From the NCBI RefSeq assembly GCF_006345805.1, contig NC_043013.1:17608001-17672000 (forward strand): a stretch of 64,000 nucleotides of DNA, written 5' to 3'. The position numbers were made by a program, and so were the translations under genes. The notes beneath the pieces are model-generated. The model saw only the letters and a list, made by a program, of their open reading frames with translations. It had not been told where the DNA came from and did no database searches. How positions within the stretch are numbered: position 1 is the first letter of the stretch; every line of letters starts with the position of its first letter. The stretch comes from Octopus sinensis (Eukaryota). This document shows, in pieces, positions 40,905-53,545 of the stretch.

Positions 40905-41882
40905 AGAGAATGTTAAGTATAATAAAAGGAATATTTTTATAGTTGTGAAGAGGATGCTAGTGGAGGACATGACAAAGTAGACACGTAGCGGTGGGGATGG
41001 AGTATGAAAGTATATTGGTGAGGAAGGTGGGAAGTAGAAAAGGATACATGGAAGGCATGAATGAAAGAATAGATGAGGGTAGCTTTTAATCTGGAGTGTA
41101 ATTGAAGGTGAGCTGTGGTGGTATCACAGAGGGAAAAATGAGAGGGTGTGTTAAAGAGGCAGAGAAGCAGTGAGATGATGATGGTGAGAGAAAACAAGGC
41201 ATTGAGAGAAATGCAGAAATTGTGGGGCAGAGAGCATGTGGAAGCAAGAGACAAGCTCAGGTGAGGAGGCTGGAGAGAGAAAGGGGTAAAAGGTTGTTGA
41301 TCTTATTAAGGAACAATATATATATATATATTATATATATATCATGGTTTCTAAAAGACACTCTTACTCTGGTTACTATGCTTTGGAATGCTCACTTCCA
41401 CTGTTAATTAGGTCCCCTAGTTAACAGAAGCAGTCAAACTAATTATAGGAAGCCTCTCAATTGTTCCACTTACATCCAATTTTTCTCTTGGCTCATTTGT
41501 ACCCTGGTGTTCATTTACAAACGTCTTACAATCTGTCCTTCACTGTAAGGGGAAAATACTTTTGTTACTAGCAGGGCTGAATTCTTTCTAACCCAAACTC
41601 TGGCTGCTACACTTTCTGAACAATGACCTCCCCTGCTAAGTGTCTCTTAGGCAACAGAAGCTATTAGCTACTAGCAAGCCATCCAGGTATTTCAGAGGAT
41701 CTATTTCCAATGTGCTCATAGTATGTATAGCTTCTGTTAACCTGCATATGATTCCACTACGTTTCTCATGTAGCCATAGTTTACACTGAAGTTTGTAGTA
41801 ACACCTTTTCTGCATATTGAGCAAGGTAATTTCCTTGATGATAATAGGGCCATCTTCTCTACTTACTGAGGATTGAGCCTCG

Positions 41883-42202
41883 ATAGACTTTAATCTAAAT
41901 TCATTGCTGAACTGCTCTTTTCTACAAAGCTTGTACAGCTCTCGCTAACCATTTGTCTACAACTTGTTCCCTTTGTGGCTACCAAATTACTGATTGTGGC
42001 ACCCTATCAAAGACCTTCTCCAAGTTGGTGAATACCTAGATTATAGACTTTAATCTAAATTCATTGCTGAACTGCTCTTTTCTACAAAGCTTGTACAGCT
42101 CTCGCTAACCATTTGTCTACAACTTGTTCCCTTTGTGGCTACCAAATTACTGATTGTGGCACCCTATCAAAGACCTTCTCCAAGTTGGTGAATACCTAGA
42201 TT
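41883..42202. repeat. Perfect 160-bp tandem duplication inside a decayed RTE-type RT fragment (minus strand)
   Basis: 41883-42042 is identical to 42043-42202. The minus strand reads FTNLEKVFDRVPQSVIW. Confidence 0.92.
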
Positions 42203-43112
42203 AGTGTTTTAATCTTAGCCAAGTATTTCGCCCCCCCCCCCCAAATATACACCTTCATTAATTAATTTTACATCCAATTTTCCCCGTTGGCTTGGGTTGG
42301 ACAGTGACTTACCTTAAGACAGCATTTTTATGATCAGATACTTACCCTTTCTCCAACCGATACCTGTCTTTTAAGTAAGGGATTACTTTATACCACTTTC
42401 TCTTTGAAAGCCCAGTGTAGCCAGTCTTAAATGTTGGCAGCAATGTAAACATCGCATCACATTATTTCATTCAGACAGCGACAAGATGTAAATTGTTAAC
42501 ATTTATTCTCACTTATGCATCTGGCCACACACAAACGCACACATATACACTTCGGTGTCATGCAATGAGATAGAACCTGAAATGATGTAGTTATGAAGAG
42601 AAGTCCATATAAAAAGAGTCATGTTCAACCCATGCCAGCATGGAAAATAGGTATTTTGATGATGATGGTTACACCAGTGTGTGTGTGTGTGTTGTGTTTA
42701 CAATGTTGTTGTTGTTACAGCTCTACAGCATTCTACAGTTTGTGGAGCAGCTTTACCCAGTTTCTTGCCAGCCTTTATACAGCCTCCACATTCAGTATCC
42801 ACAGTGTTAGGAAGGGTATCCAGCCATAGAAACCACGCCAAAGCATGCAATAGAGCACAATACATTCCCTGGACCTGTGAGATCCTGTAAAACCACCCAT
42901 CCCATATCAGCATAGAATACAGATTACAAAGATATCATTTGACCAGTATTTGTTTTGGCTCTTTTCATCCTGAGTTCAAACTCTGCTGAGGTTGATGAAA
43001 CAAAGTACCAGTCTCTGGTGATGGTTAGCAGATATCAAAGAAATTTGTTTTGGATCTTTGTTTTCAGTTTGTTAAGGCTGTAGTTCTACTTTCCTTTCCC
43101 ATAGGTAATGCC

Positions 43113-43501
43113 TAGTGGAGGCGCAATGGCCCAGTGGTTAGGGCAGCGGACTCGCAGTCATAGGATTGCGGTTTCGATTCCCAGACCGGGCGTTGTGAGT
43201 GTTTATTGAGCGAAAACACCTAAAGCTCCACGAAGCTTGGGCAGGGGATAGTGGTGATCCATGCTGTACTCTTTCACCACAACTTTCTCTCACTCTTACT
43301 TCCTGTTTCTGTTGTACCTGTAATTCAAAGGGCCAGCCTTGTTACTCTCTGTGTCACGCTGAATCTCCCCGAGGACTACGCTAAGGGTACATGTGTCTGT
43401 GGAGTGCTCAGCCACTTGCACGTTAATTTCACGAGCAGGCTGTTCCATTGATCGGATCAACTGGAACCCTCGTCGTTGTAACCGACGGAGTGCTAAGAAA
43501 G
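43113..43501 (+). mobile_element. Young full-length tRNA-derived SINE, 10-bp TSD
   Basis: Head ggaggcgcaatggcccagtggttagggcagcggactcgc...ggtttcgattccc. TSD aggtaatgcc at 43103-43112 and 43502-43511. A diverged relative lies at about 26130-26440. Confidence 0.9.
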
Positions 43502-44559
43502 AGGTAATGCCAATAGCTTGGAGAAGGGAGGCTCACTGTATACACTACTGTTGGCTTTACCGCTCTCTTGGATAATGTCAGTGATGTGGAGAGGGAAAAG
43601 TTGCTTTATAGGTTCCTCCTATTGGCTTTCCATAAAAGAAATGCCTATGCCCCAAAGAACTTGATAGGTGCCACTGCAAGGTTATTTTTAACCAATAGAT
43701 ACTTGTAATGGAAATCATTCCTGACCCTACATACAGGCATGTATATTTGTGTGGTTTAAGAAATTTGCTTCCTTAACTACAAGGCTTTAGGTTCAGTCTC
43801 TTTGTGCAGCGCTTTGGACAAGTGGCTCCTCTATAGCCTCATGCAAACAAACACCTTGTAGGTGTATTTAGTAGATGAAAACTAAAAGAAGTCCAGTATT
43901 ATGTGTGTTTACATTCTTGCTTCTTCAAAAATCACTGTACTGCAAAGTGATGTTATTTTCCCTGTCAACAAACCATCTGCTGGTTTTACTCCTTGGAAAA
44001 TGTGTGGAGTAGGAAATCCCTTACCGGAAAAGCAGGTAAGGGTTAGCAACATAAAAAGGAACCCAGTTGTAAGACACTGCTTCAAGAATATATTTGTCTA
44101 ATTCTTGCAAGTATGGAAAAACAGACATAAAATCATAAAGACACACTTTTCTGATTGCTAAAAAGTGTTTCCTTATCCTCCCATGGTATTGTGTTCAGTG
44201 GTTCATCTCTGAAGTGGATTCCAAATAGAAAAATATGTTAACAAAGTTTCTGTTTATTTGTCAGTGTAAATACTTAAACAGTTTTTGTTGGTTTTACTGT
44301 TTCTGTATTTAGTGTATCTCTGAACTATGTAGTGCGCAAGTTCCAGTGGAACAATGACTTTGTGCTTTGTCCAGGACAATTTTTGCTCAGCACTGCAAAC
44401 TCATAAAATTCTCGACAATTATCAACTTTGTGCATAAATAAGTGGTATTCAACTGTCAACTTAAAAGGCAACATGTCTAAGCTAAGAATACATTTGTTTA
44501 ATTGAAATAATGATTAAAATCTGCAGATTTTTGCCAATACAAATCTCTGTATTCCAGTA

Positions 44560-44990
44560 ACACAGTGAGAATTCTGGTGTCCTAAAACCAATGAATTCTT
44601 GAAAGATGTGCTGAGCTGTTGATTGTTTAAAATCTTTGACAGGAAGTTATCAAGGCGCATGAAAAAAAAAATGAAAAAAAACGATAGTCATTTAAAGGAA
44701 GGTCTGGGAAGTAAGCTAGTTGGGGTGTAGGTTTTGTTTCACATTTGTTCAATATCTGCAGAGTCATTTGCGTGATGTAGTCAGGCATTGTCATGGAGTA
44801 ACATTGATCCTTTTCAGTTGACCAGTTTTGTGTGTACACATTGCAGTTGTTGGTGCATTTTGTTGATTTCCTGGCAACATGTCTTTGCTGTAATGGTTTC
44901 AACAGGATTTAAGAAATACTCGTGGATGATAGCACTTGTTGAGCATCAAAATGTGTTTCTTAGAGCAAGGTGTGTGATACTTCAGAAATG
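44560..44990 (-). mobile_element. Decayed mariner transposase fragment
   Basis: LAYFPDLPLNDYRFF resembles PYSPDL.P.DY.FF. Upstream LLHDNA-like remnant. Confidence 0.6.
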
Positions 44991-46167
44991 GGTGTAACAA
45001 GGGAAGAACATTTGCAACAGTTTTAATTAAAACCCTTCTTTCACACACACACACATACACAAACTGCACGTTCACAGTGGTGTGCATGTTTTTTTTTTTG
45101 TGGAAAATCAAAGAAATTGGGCATTGGGTAAAAAGTTGGAGAAACACTGATGCCCTGTGGATTTTATCTGTCTTGCCTCAAACTTGTACTCCCTAAAATA
45201 TACAAATGAATAAAAATAAAAATCATCAGCAAAAAATAAGGGCTAATATCTGAAATACTCTGCTGCTTAAAAAGTTTTTTTTAAAGTATTTCCCAATTTA
45301 AAAGTTTTGAAATTAAATCAAGCCCACACAAATATGCAGTTCTATTCATATGCACTGCTGAATACAGTACCACATTGTTAATTTCTTTTCAACTAATAAG
45401 TGATCTGCATGATGTTGTATTGACTAGTACACCCAACTACAGATAGCAGTAGTAGCTCACACAACAGCACAGTTCGATCATTTTCCAGCAGTCAAACAGC
45501 TCAGTGATGTCAGACAACCATTACAGCTGTGCACTGAAACAAGAACAATAACAGGCAGCCTTTCACTGCCAAGTAACTTGCAGTTTTACACCATTTGGCA
45601 TCTAATAGGAAAACAGAACACTACAGAACGTACATTCTATCCTTACACCTTTATTGTAGACTTACTTGCACACCTACACTCATATTATATACACATGAAT
45701 GCATACATTATACACAAATTGTGTGTGTGTGCATATATGTATATGCAGGCATGGCTATATGGTTAAGAAGCTCGCTTTGCAGCTACATGGTTTCAAGTTC
45801 AATCCCTCCACACAGCACCTTGGGCAAGTGTCTTCTACAGCTGCAGGTTAACCAGTGCCTTGTGAGTGAATTTGGTTGGCAGTAACTGTCTGGAAGCCTA
45901 TCACATGTCTTTTTTTTTCTCCCTCCCATCCCTTGACAAACGATGTTGGTTTGTTTTCATCCCTGTAACTTAGCAGTTTGGCATAAGAGACTGATAGAAT
46001 ACGTACCAGACTTTAAAAATAATTATTGGGTCAATAATTTGCTTGAAACTCTTCAAGGTAGTGCCCCAGTATGGTCTCAGTCCAGTGACTGAAACAAGTA
46101 AAAGTTGTATAGAAGAATTGATTTGGGGGTGTTGAAAAATGTACCCGGTTCTTAAAACAAATTGAAG

Positions 46168-46638
46168 CTTTCTTTTTATTTTTTTAAAATCTATTTAAGT
46201 ATCATACTGATTTCAACCATTTAAAAAATTTTCAATGGTCAATATAAGATTTAAAAAAAAACAGGTAAGAAGTTTAAAAGAAAGTTTGCATAGGAGAAAA
46301 TTCCAAAGCAATAAAATATGCTAAAAAAAAAAAAATCAAATGTTAAAGAGGTTTTCATTGCAAATTAATTGATGAAAACTCAAAGTTTCACAGCAATAGG
46401 AAATTATGAAAGCTCAAATGTTCAATAAATTTTAATTTATTACTCTTATAGAATTTATCAAACATTTGAACTTTCATTTCCTATTGTTGTGAAGCTTAGT
46501 GAATATTTTTTCCTGAGTATTCTTTTTCTTTTAAACTTTTCTTTTGTTTTATATTTACCATTGAAAATTTTTTTTAAATTGTTGAAACCAATTTGATATT
46601 TTAATCAATTTTAAAAACATTAAAAATGAAAAAAAAAC
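46168..46638. repeat. Long AT-rich foldback (imperfect palindrome, MITE-like)
   Basis: Nested inverted arms: tttcaaccatttaaaaaattttcaatggt pairs with accattgaaaattttttttaaattgttgaaa, and ttcacagcaataggaaat..gaaagctcaaatgtt pairs with aacatttgaactttcatttcctattgttgtgaa. Centre at about 46440. Confidence 0.85.
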
Positions 46639-46642
46639 TACA

Positions 46643-47050
46643 GGCGCAGCAGTGGCTGTGTGGTAAGTAGCTTGCTAACCAACCACATGGTTCCGGGTTC
46701 AATCCCACTGCGTGGCGTCTTGGGCAAGTGTCTTCTGCTATAGCTTCGGGCCAACCAAAGCCTTGTGAGTGGATTTGGTAGACGGAAACTGAAAGAAGCC
46801 TGTCGTATATATGTATATATATATATATGTGTGTGTGTGTGTTTGTCCCCCTAGCATTGCTTGACAACCGATGCTGGTGTGTTTATGTCCCCGTTACTTA
46901 GCGGTTTGGCAAAAGAGACCGATAGAATAAGTACTGGGCTTACAAATAAGAATAAGTCCCGGGGTCGAGTTGCTTGATTAAAGGCGGTGCTCCAGCATGG
47001 CCGCAGGCAAATGACTGAAACAAATAAATGAGTAAATAAGAGAGAGAGTT
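46643..47050 (+). mobile_element. Young full-length tRNA-derived SINE with internal (TA)/(TG) microsatellite. Diverged copy at about 45745-46105
   Basis: Pol III head gtggctgtgtggtaag...ggttcaatccc. Tail ggcggtgctccagcatggccgcag..aatgactgaaacaa. Confidence 0.9.
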
Positions 47051-50000
47051 CGTTTTAAGACCCAGGTGCATTTTTACCTCCCAAACCAAATTCTATATTT
47101 GTCCTTGTGTTGGAAGTAAATTTTGTATTTCTAAATGTGTGTGTGTATGTTGTGTATGTCATCAACACTCTGCAGTCTACTCTATTATTTTCTGTTTTCA
47201 ATATCATTTCACATATTTCATTTAAAATTTGTTGATGTTGAACTTGAAGCCCTTCTTTTATCATTAACAATACTTTTATCTTTTTGTCATTCAGACTTCT
47301 CACAGTCCACTTAACTTATCGGCAAGTAGAGAATCTCTTTTCCCATTCTCTGATTCTAATAGACTAAACAAACAAACCATCCTTATCATTTAGTCTGTAA
47401 TTCTGTCTTTTGGTTGAATTTATATTTTCTGCACATGAATGTCGAGGGTGGACAGCTATGCCCTTCAGTGGACACCAAGTAGAGATACATGCGTGATTGT
47501 GAGATGTTTTTTTTTTCCTCTTAGTTATACACTATCATTTATGCTTGTTTTTGTGTTTAGCTTCTTTCTTTTTTTCTGGCTAAACAGTGTTCTTGTTAAT
47601 AGGTAAATTAATCTTAACGAACACAATGTGAATCCCAATGCTGCCAAGGTTAACTTTGCCTTTTATCCTTTTGGGATGAAATAAAATAAGTACCAGTGCC
47701 AATGGAGTATTGTGGTCGATGTAATCAACCTTCCCCTTCCCTCAAAATTGCCAAGAGGACACTATATTTCGTCTCAAGAAATAAAGTTAATAGTTTAAAT
47801 AATTATATTATAATTGTAACTGTAACAATTACTTCTTGAATATTCAACTAGTATTTAATTAGTGTTTTTGATGTATATCTAAATTGAAACAATCTTCATC
47901 ACTTAATTAAGCAACATACATGACAAAGTGGCTCTTAATTTTTTTAAATTTTAATCTTAACTATTTATTTAATGGCTATGTATGTTGTCTTTTAACACTT
48001 ATGTCTTGTTTAATGCTGCCAATGTTGAATATTGAGTTGCTATGACCATTTTGTCCCACCTTGACTTTACAAAGACAAGGAACAAACATAAGAGTGTTGA
48101 GTTTGGTTGTTTTTGCATAACAGCTTCAGTAAGAAGGTTTTACAAATCCGTTGAATGTTTCTACCTATGCATTTGTAAGGAGGGGAGGGCATATGAGGAG
48201 ACTCATGGCCAGCATAACTGGCTGTGGTTTTTGGTTTCTTTGCTTTCACTTTAATAGATTAACCCCTCATTTTATAGACAGCTCTATTTGTCCACAGCCC
48301 CACTCTTATCCACATTTTAAACATTTCAGTAAGACATACATGCAATCTTCTCATTAGCAACATTGATAAATTAGTTTTGACCAGTGTTACCATGGCATCA
48401 TTATCAATGATTCTACTCCTGTTTGTCCCTGCTACAAATAAGCTATCATCATCATCTCAAGTTCTTGAACTCATAAGGCTGTTTTCCTGGTGTCCATAAC
48501 ATGTAAGTGACCAGTATTGCATTACTGCTGTACAGGCAGCCAGTCCTTTACAGAATTACTGATTTACACCTCTGGACCGGAGCAACGTGAAGTGAAGTGT
48601 TTTGCTCAAGAACACAATGCACCACCTAGTCTGGGAACCAAAACCAAGGTCTTGTGATTGTGGGTGCTACAATGCATCTTTAAGCTTTATCAGCCCCCTA
48701 CAAATAGGATTCCCAGGTAAATGCTTGTAAGCAAAGGTATGCTAGTTTCTTATTTACCACCTTGGCATACTCACCTATGAGTCAGAGGTTATCTCTTCAT
48801 TATAATTATTGAGTGAGAGAGCAGCACATGCCATCAAAGTGACACTAGAGTGCAAATATACTAAGCCCAATATACTCATCATGACTACCTGCTTGCTAAG
48901 GGTACACCAAGCGCATGCATCACAGCCATATGTGTGTGTGACAGGGTGGTTTCATGACCTTGCAGGGTGGAGCTCAGAGTTTTCTTCAAGATGAGTAACC
49001 CATCCCACTCAAAATGTCCCTGAATAAGAATTAAGGATATTGAATGAAATACCTATGTTTTCCAAGATGAATTATTCAAATCCCAAAGAATTCTTCTCAA
49101 CACATGGCTATGATGCTCCTCTACTACTTCTGCTCATGACCAAAGATGCACATATTGTCAGCCACCAAGGGGCATACTCAACAGGTTATGGTCAAACAAC
49201 TGACAACCAAATCTGTGGTATTGAGCAAAATATTTGCTGTAGCCCTTCTTTTACAGCAAGACAAAACATGTCCTTGATAGCACCTCCAATCAGTTAAGAT
49301 TAGAAGCCATAAGAGCCACTGCCTGGTATGGCATCAGAGCAATATTATTAACAACTCTGGTTTTGTTGGAACTCTTAGAGTCTTGCATTTAATACTTTCC
49401 TGATTATTCTGGCCATGCCAAGGAGGCAGACCTTTTGTAACAGTTCTACTGGGCACTCTATTCTCATTTCCTTTATATTCCTCTTGATGCCTTCTGCTAC
49501 TGATCCCAAGAACCCAACAATAATTGGCACTATTTTCACCTTCTTCATTGTCCATAGCTGCGCTATTTCATACTTAAGAGGATTCTATATATCTATTTTT
49601 ACACCTTCATTCTTGGCTATTTGTGGGTCAAAGGGGCACGTAACATCAATTATATATTACATGTGGTTCAATTTGTCCACCACCACTAGGTCTGGTTTGT
49701 TGGGCTCTAGCACCTGATCTGTTTGGATTGGGATTTTGCAGGTCTCCAACTCTGCCACTCTACAGTTTGTTCTCATACTGTGTCTTGCCCCTCTCTAGAC
49801 CCCACTTTTCACATATTTTCCAATGTAGCACTTTTGCTACTTCATCGAGTTGCCACAATTTATAATGATTTTGAGCAAGTTTGAAGCATTTGTTCACAAT
49901 ATGGGCAGTGGTTTCGTTCGCTCTATTACAGATGTGGCACAGTAGAGACACTTGCCCATCCCAAAGATTGACACTCCAATTTGTGGCCAAAGCTTGGTCT

Positions 50001-50226
50001 TGCACTGCCAGTATGATGCCTTCAGTTTTGCTCCTTTTTCACCATGTTTTCCAGCAGCTTCAGTTGTGGCTACAGGGAATTGATTGTGTGGTCCCTTCTT
50101 GCATAGTGCTTCTTCATGTCCTCTTTGTACTTCTTGTTTTGTCTTTTCCCATTTCTCTGCTTTCAATACTCTGTCATCCTTAACTGACACTAGCAAAGTT
50201 TCCTGTCTTTGTGGTAGGTATTTCAA

Positions 50227-51975
50227 TAATAATAATGATGATGAAATTATTGTATACAGTGCTCAGGTGCACCCCAACTTGTCAAAAGTGCGTATAAAGC
50301 ATATGCAGTAATGTACAAATGTCTGGGAAGTGAACAGTGTATGAGTCCGATACATGCTTGCATGTGTATGGAGGGGAGAAGATCAGGTGTAGTGTTGGCG
50401 AATCTCAGGAAGCATGGAAGTTTTGAAGGATGCAGTGCTCCGACAACTAACAACTGATGCCGGCAGTTTTTTCCATACTTCAGCAACTCTTAGTGTGAAA
50501 AAATGTTTCCAAAAGTCATGGGAGCTGTACTGTTTTCTGACTTTGTAAACATGTCCACGGGTGTTAGACAGGTGGAGTTTGAAAAGGTGCTCAGAGATAT
50601 TGTTTGTAAGATGGTTAATAATTTTATGGGTGTCTGCCAAGTCAGATGCAAGACGTTGGAGTTTCAATGTATCCATGTCCAGGGAAGTAAGGCGCTCAGA
50701 ATATGGCAAATGCCTGATGGGGGGGGGGGGTATTCTCTTGGTTGCACGTCGCCGAATGGTTTCAGGCAATTAATATCCTGGGCAAGATAGGGATTCCAGA
50801 CTGGTGATGCAAATTCCAGGTGAGGCCGCACCATTGCTATATAAAGCCTCAGATAGATAGCCGGAGAGCGGCTCACAAAGGACTTGGTGAGTGATGCCAA
50901 GTCACCCTCAGCCTTCTTGGCAATTTTAGCAATGTGTTTTGTCCAACGCAAATTGCTGTCGACAATAATGCCCAGGTCACATTCACAAGAAGACTTTTTG
51001 AGATTAGTGTTGTGGAGGGAGTAAGTAGACACTGGGTTTTTCCTCCCAAAATGCATGGTGGTACATTTGTCTACAGCCAGCTTGAGTTGCCAGTCCATGA
51101 TCTACTGCTGCATTGTGTCCAGGCCTGATTGCAATGAAGATCTATAGTGTACAGGATCTGTCCTCTTTATTTCAAGGTACAGCTTGATGTCATTTGCATA
51201 TTTCAGCACTGTGGCATTCTTTAAGTTGGTATCTATGTCATTAACATATGCAACAAATAAAAGGGGGCCAAGAACAGATCCCTGTGGTACACCAGATGTC
51301 ATCTCATAGGGTGAAGAGTGCTGTCCTAGAACTGTGACAACTTCTTTTCGGCTGATAATGGGCTTCAACCAGTTATAGAGATCATCTCTTACACCCATTG
51401 CAGAGAGTTTCACCATAAGTCTTTTGTGTGGCACAGAATTAAAAGCCTTAGCAAAGTCCAGGTAAGCAACATCCACCCAGGATCCGTGATCAGTGATTCG
51501 GGTAATGTCGTCAAGAAACTCGATGAGTTGATTACAGCAGCTGGAGTTAGGAATAAATCCAAATTGTGATGCCTGGATGAGGCTGTGAGACTTCCAAGAG
51601 TTCCAGAGGGTTTCTCTGACACAGGATTCCATCAGTTTGGCATTGCAGCTAGTAAGACTGACAGGGCGATAGTTAACAGGCGATGTGCGGTCACCTTTTT
51701 TGAACAGAGGGATAACACCATTGTCAAGACAGAATTGAAAGAATAGTGAAAGTTGGTTTAGAAGAAAGTACCCACCGCGTTTGAGAAGTAGGTATGTAAC
51801 ACCATCGAGACCAGGAGAGGCATAGTTATGTTTATTCTTAAGGTGGCGTTGTAGCATTGCTGGTGTAAATTTCATAGTAGTTATAGAGTCTGGTGTCAGA
51901 GGTGATGGAGATGGAACATTTTGATCTTCGACAGTAAAGATACCTGCATAGCAACCAGCAATGATTTCTGCACAT
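50227..51975 (-). mobile_element. 5'-truncated CR1/L2-group LINE nested in the R4-like element
   Basis: NYRPVSLTS, YLDFAKAFNSVPH, SGVPQGSVLGPLLF, YANDIK, RPHLEFASPVWNP, TRGH and FFTLRV..W. The 3' UTR ends in a (CAT)/(TAT) tail. Only a few frameshifts. Confidence 0.92.
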
Positions 51976-53341
51976 AAGCTGCTGAGTTTGATATGTATGC
52001 ACTCTTCCACGCTTACCAATCCCTTTCCTCCATTTATTCTCTTCATGTATAGGTTATAATATCTGCACATGGATGATGAGCTCCATGCACTGTTAGGGGC
52101 TTTTCTTGTCATCCTGTTAATTCCTTGAGTTCATCCTCTGTTCACTTCATCAGATGTTCAGTGCCACACTGAACTACTATGACTGCGCAGGAGTTTATTA
52201 CTGAAATTATGTTTTTGACATTGACCTTTGAATCCAATATTTTTCTCACTTGTTACAGGTACTCTTTCTTTGTCTTTTCTTTCAAATCATTGGGGTTAAT
52301 TCCATCTGCCTCAAGTGTTCCCAGGTATTTATTATTTGGATTCAGGTTCAATTGCCTTCATCAATTCACCACTTGGCATACTTATACCTTCTGACCTGAC
52401 AAGCTTTCCTCATCTCAAAGCACCTTTTGAAAGGTCCAAACTCCATCTTGCTATCATTTGAGAAAGTCCACACAGACTGAGCTAGACCGTTTGGTTCAGC
52501 CTCACCTTTTGTAAATTTCAAATCATCCTTGAATAGCAGGTGGTTTGCGTTTTCCCTTACCACTTCTCAAATCATATCCCAACTTTGTCTTCTGCAGTAT
52601 TTCACTCAAGGAATCATCCCCAGCATAAAGACCATTGGGGATACACTGTTGCCCTGGAAGATTCCTCTCTTGATTTTCACTTAAAAGCTGATTCTCTGCC
52701 GTCAATTCAGTTCTCCAACATTTCATACTGTTCCGTATAGGGCATCTCTTTTCTGCTACTCCATACATTTCCACAGTTCTTGTTACCCAAGAGTGTGGTA
52801 TCATATTGTATACCTTAGGATAATCAATTCATGCCATGCTCAGGTTTGGGTGTCTTCTTGCAGTTTCTGATAATTAGTTTGTCAATTAGCAGCTGATCTT
52901 TTGTTCCCTAGCTCCTCTTTCAGCACCCTTTCTGTTCAGTAGGTAGCAACCCACTTTTTTTCTTAAGTATCCATACAGTTCACTGGCCACAGTACCTGAC
53001 AATAGTTTCCACATCGGTGGAAGACACATTATTGGTTAAAAGTTGGATACATTATTACCCTTTCCAGGATCCTCGGCACATAACAATGTCTTTCTCTTTG
53101 TCATTCAGCTGAGTACTGAGCCTTCCTGTAAGCACTCATCCAGCTGTTGCACTATCCTTTCATGGATCCTGCTCAGCTTCTTCATCCAATAACTTTGGAT
53201 ACCATCCAACCCTGGGCTCTTCCAATTGGGATTTTCCATAATTGTCTTTTTATTATTTCTGTAGCTATTCTTATGTTGTCTTCGCTCTGTATATTTCTTG
53301 GATTTCGTGCAGCCACTTTGCTTTATCACTATGCTTTACAG

Positions 53342-53545
53342 CAGTGCTTTTCAACATTTTTGCTGGAGTGGAACCCCAATGAAACATTCCACTGGCTCGA
53401 GGAAACCCTGTGCAATAATTTAATAGTTTTATGCATACATATCTGCACAGGAGAATTAAAAATTACTGCCGATTTTAGCATTTTTGTAACTTCTTGCAGA
53501 AACCCTGGACTGGACTACTGGCGGAACCCTGGTTGAAAACCACTG
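53342..53545. mobile_element. hAT-type MITE (204 bp) with 8-bp TSD, nested in the R4-like element
   Basis: TIRs cagtgcttttcaac and gttgaaaaccactg. TSD ctttacag at 53334-53341 and 53546-53553. Confidence 0.93.

Noticed and set aside
43113-43190. tRNA-like sequence (also at 39403 and 46643)
   Set aside because: These are SINE heads: they continue into SINE bodies, two have TSDs, and none has a complete acceptor stem or terminator.
48770-49334. Repeat-looking segment next to the R4-like element (also 28690-29390 and 35900-36460)
   Set aside because: Probably decayed transposon DNA, but there is no diagnostic motif, TIR or second copy in this window.
51102-52112. 336-aa ORF as a functional host gene or active LINE
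   Set aside because: It is a junction chimera of two elements. The catalytic YADD reads YAND, and the downstream frame is broken.
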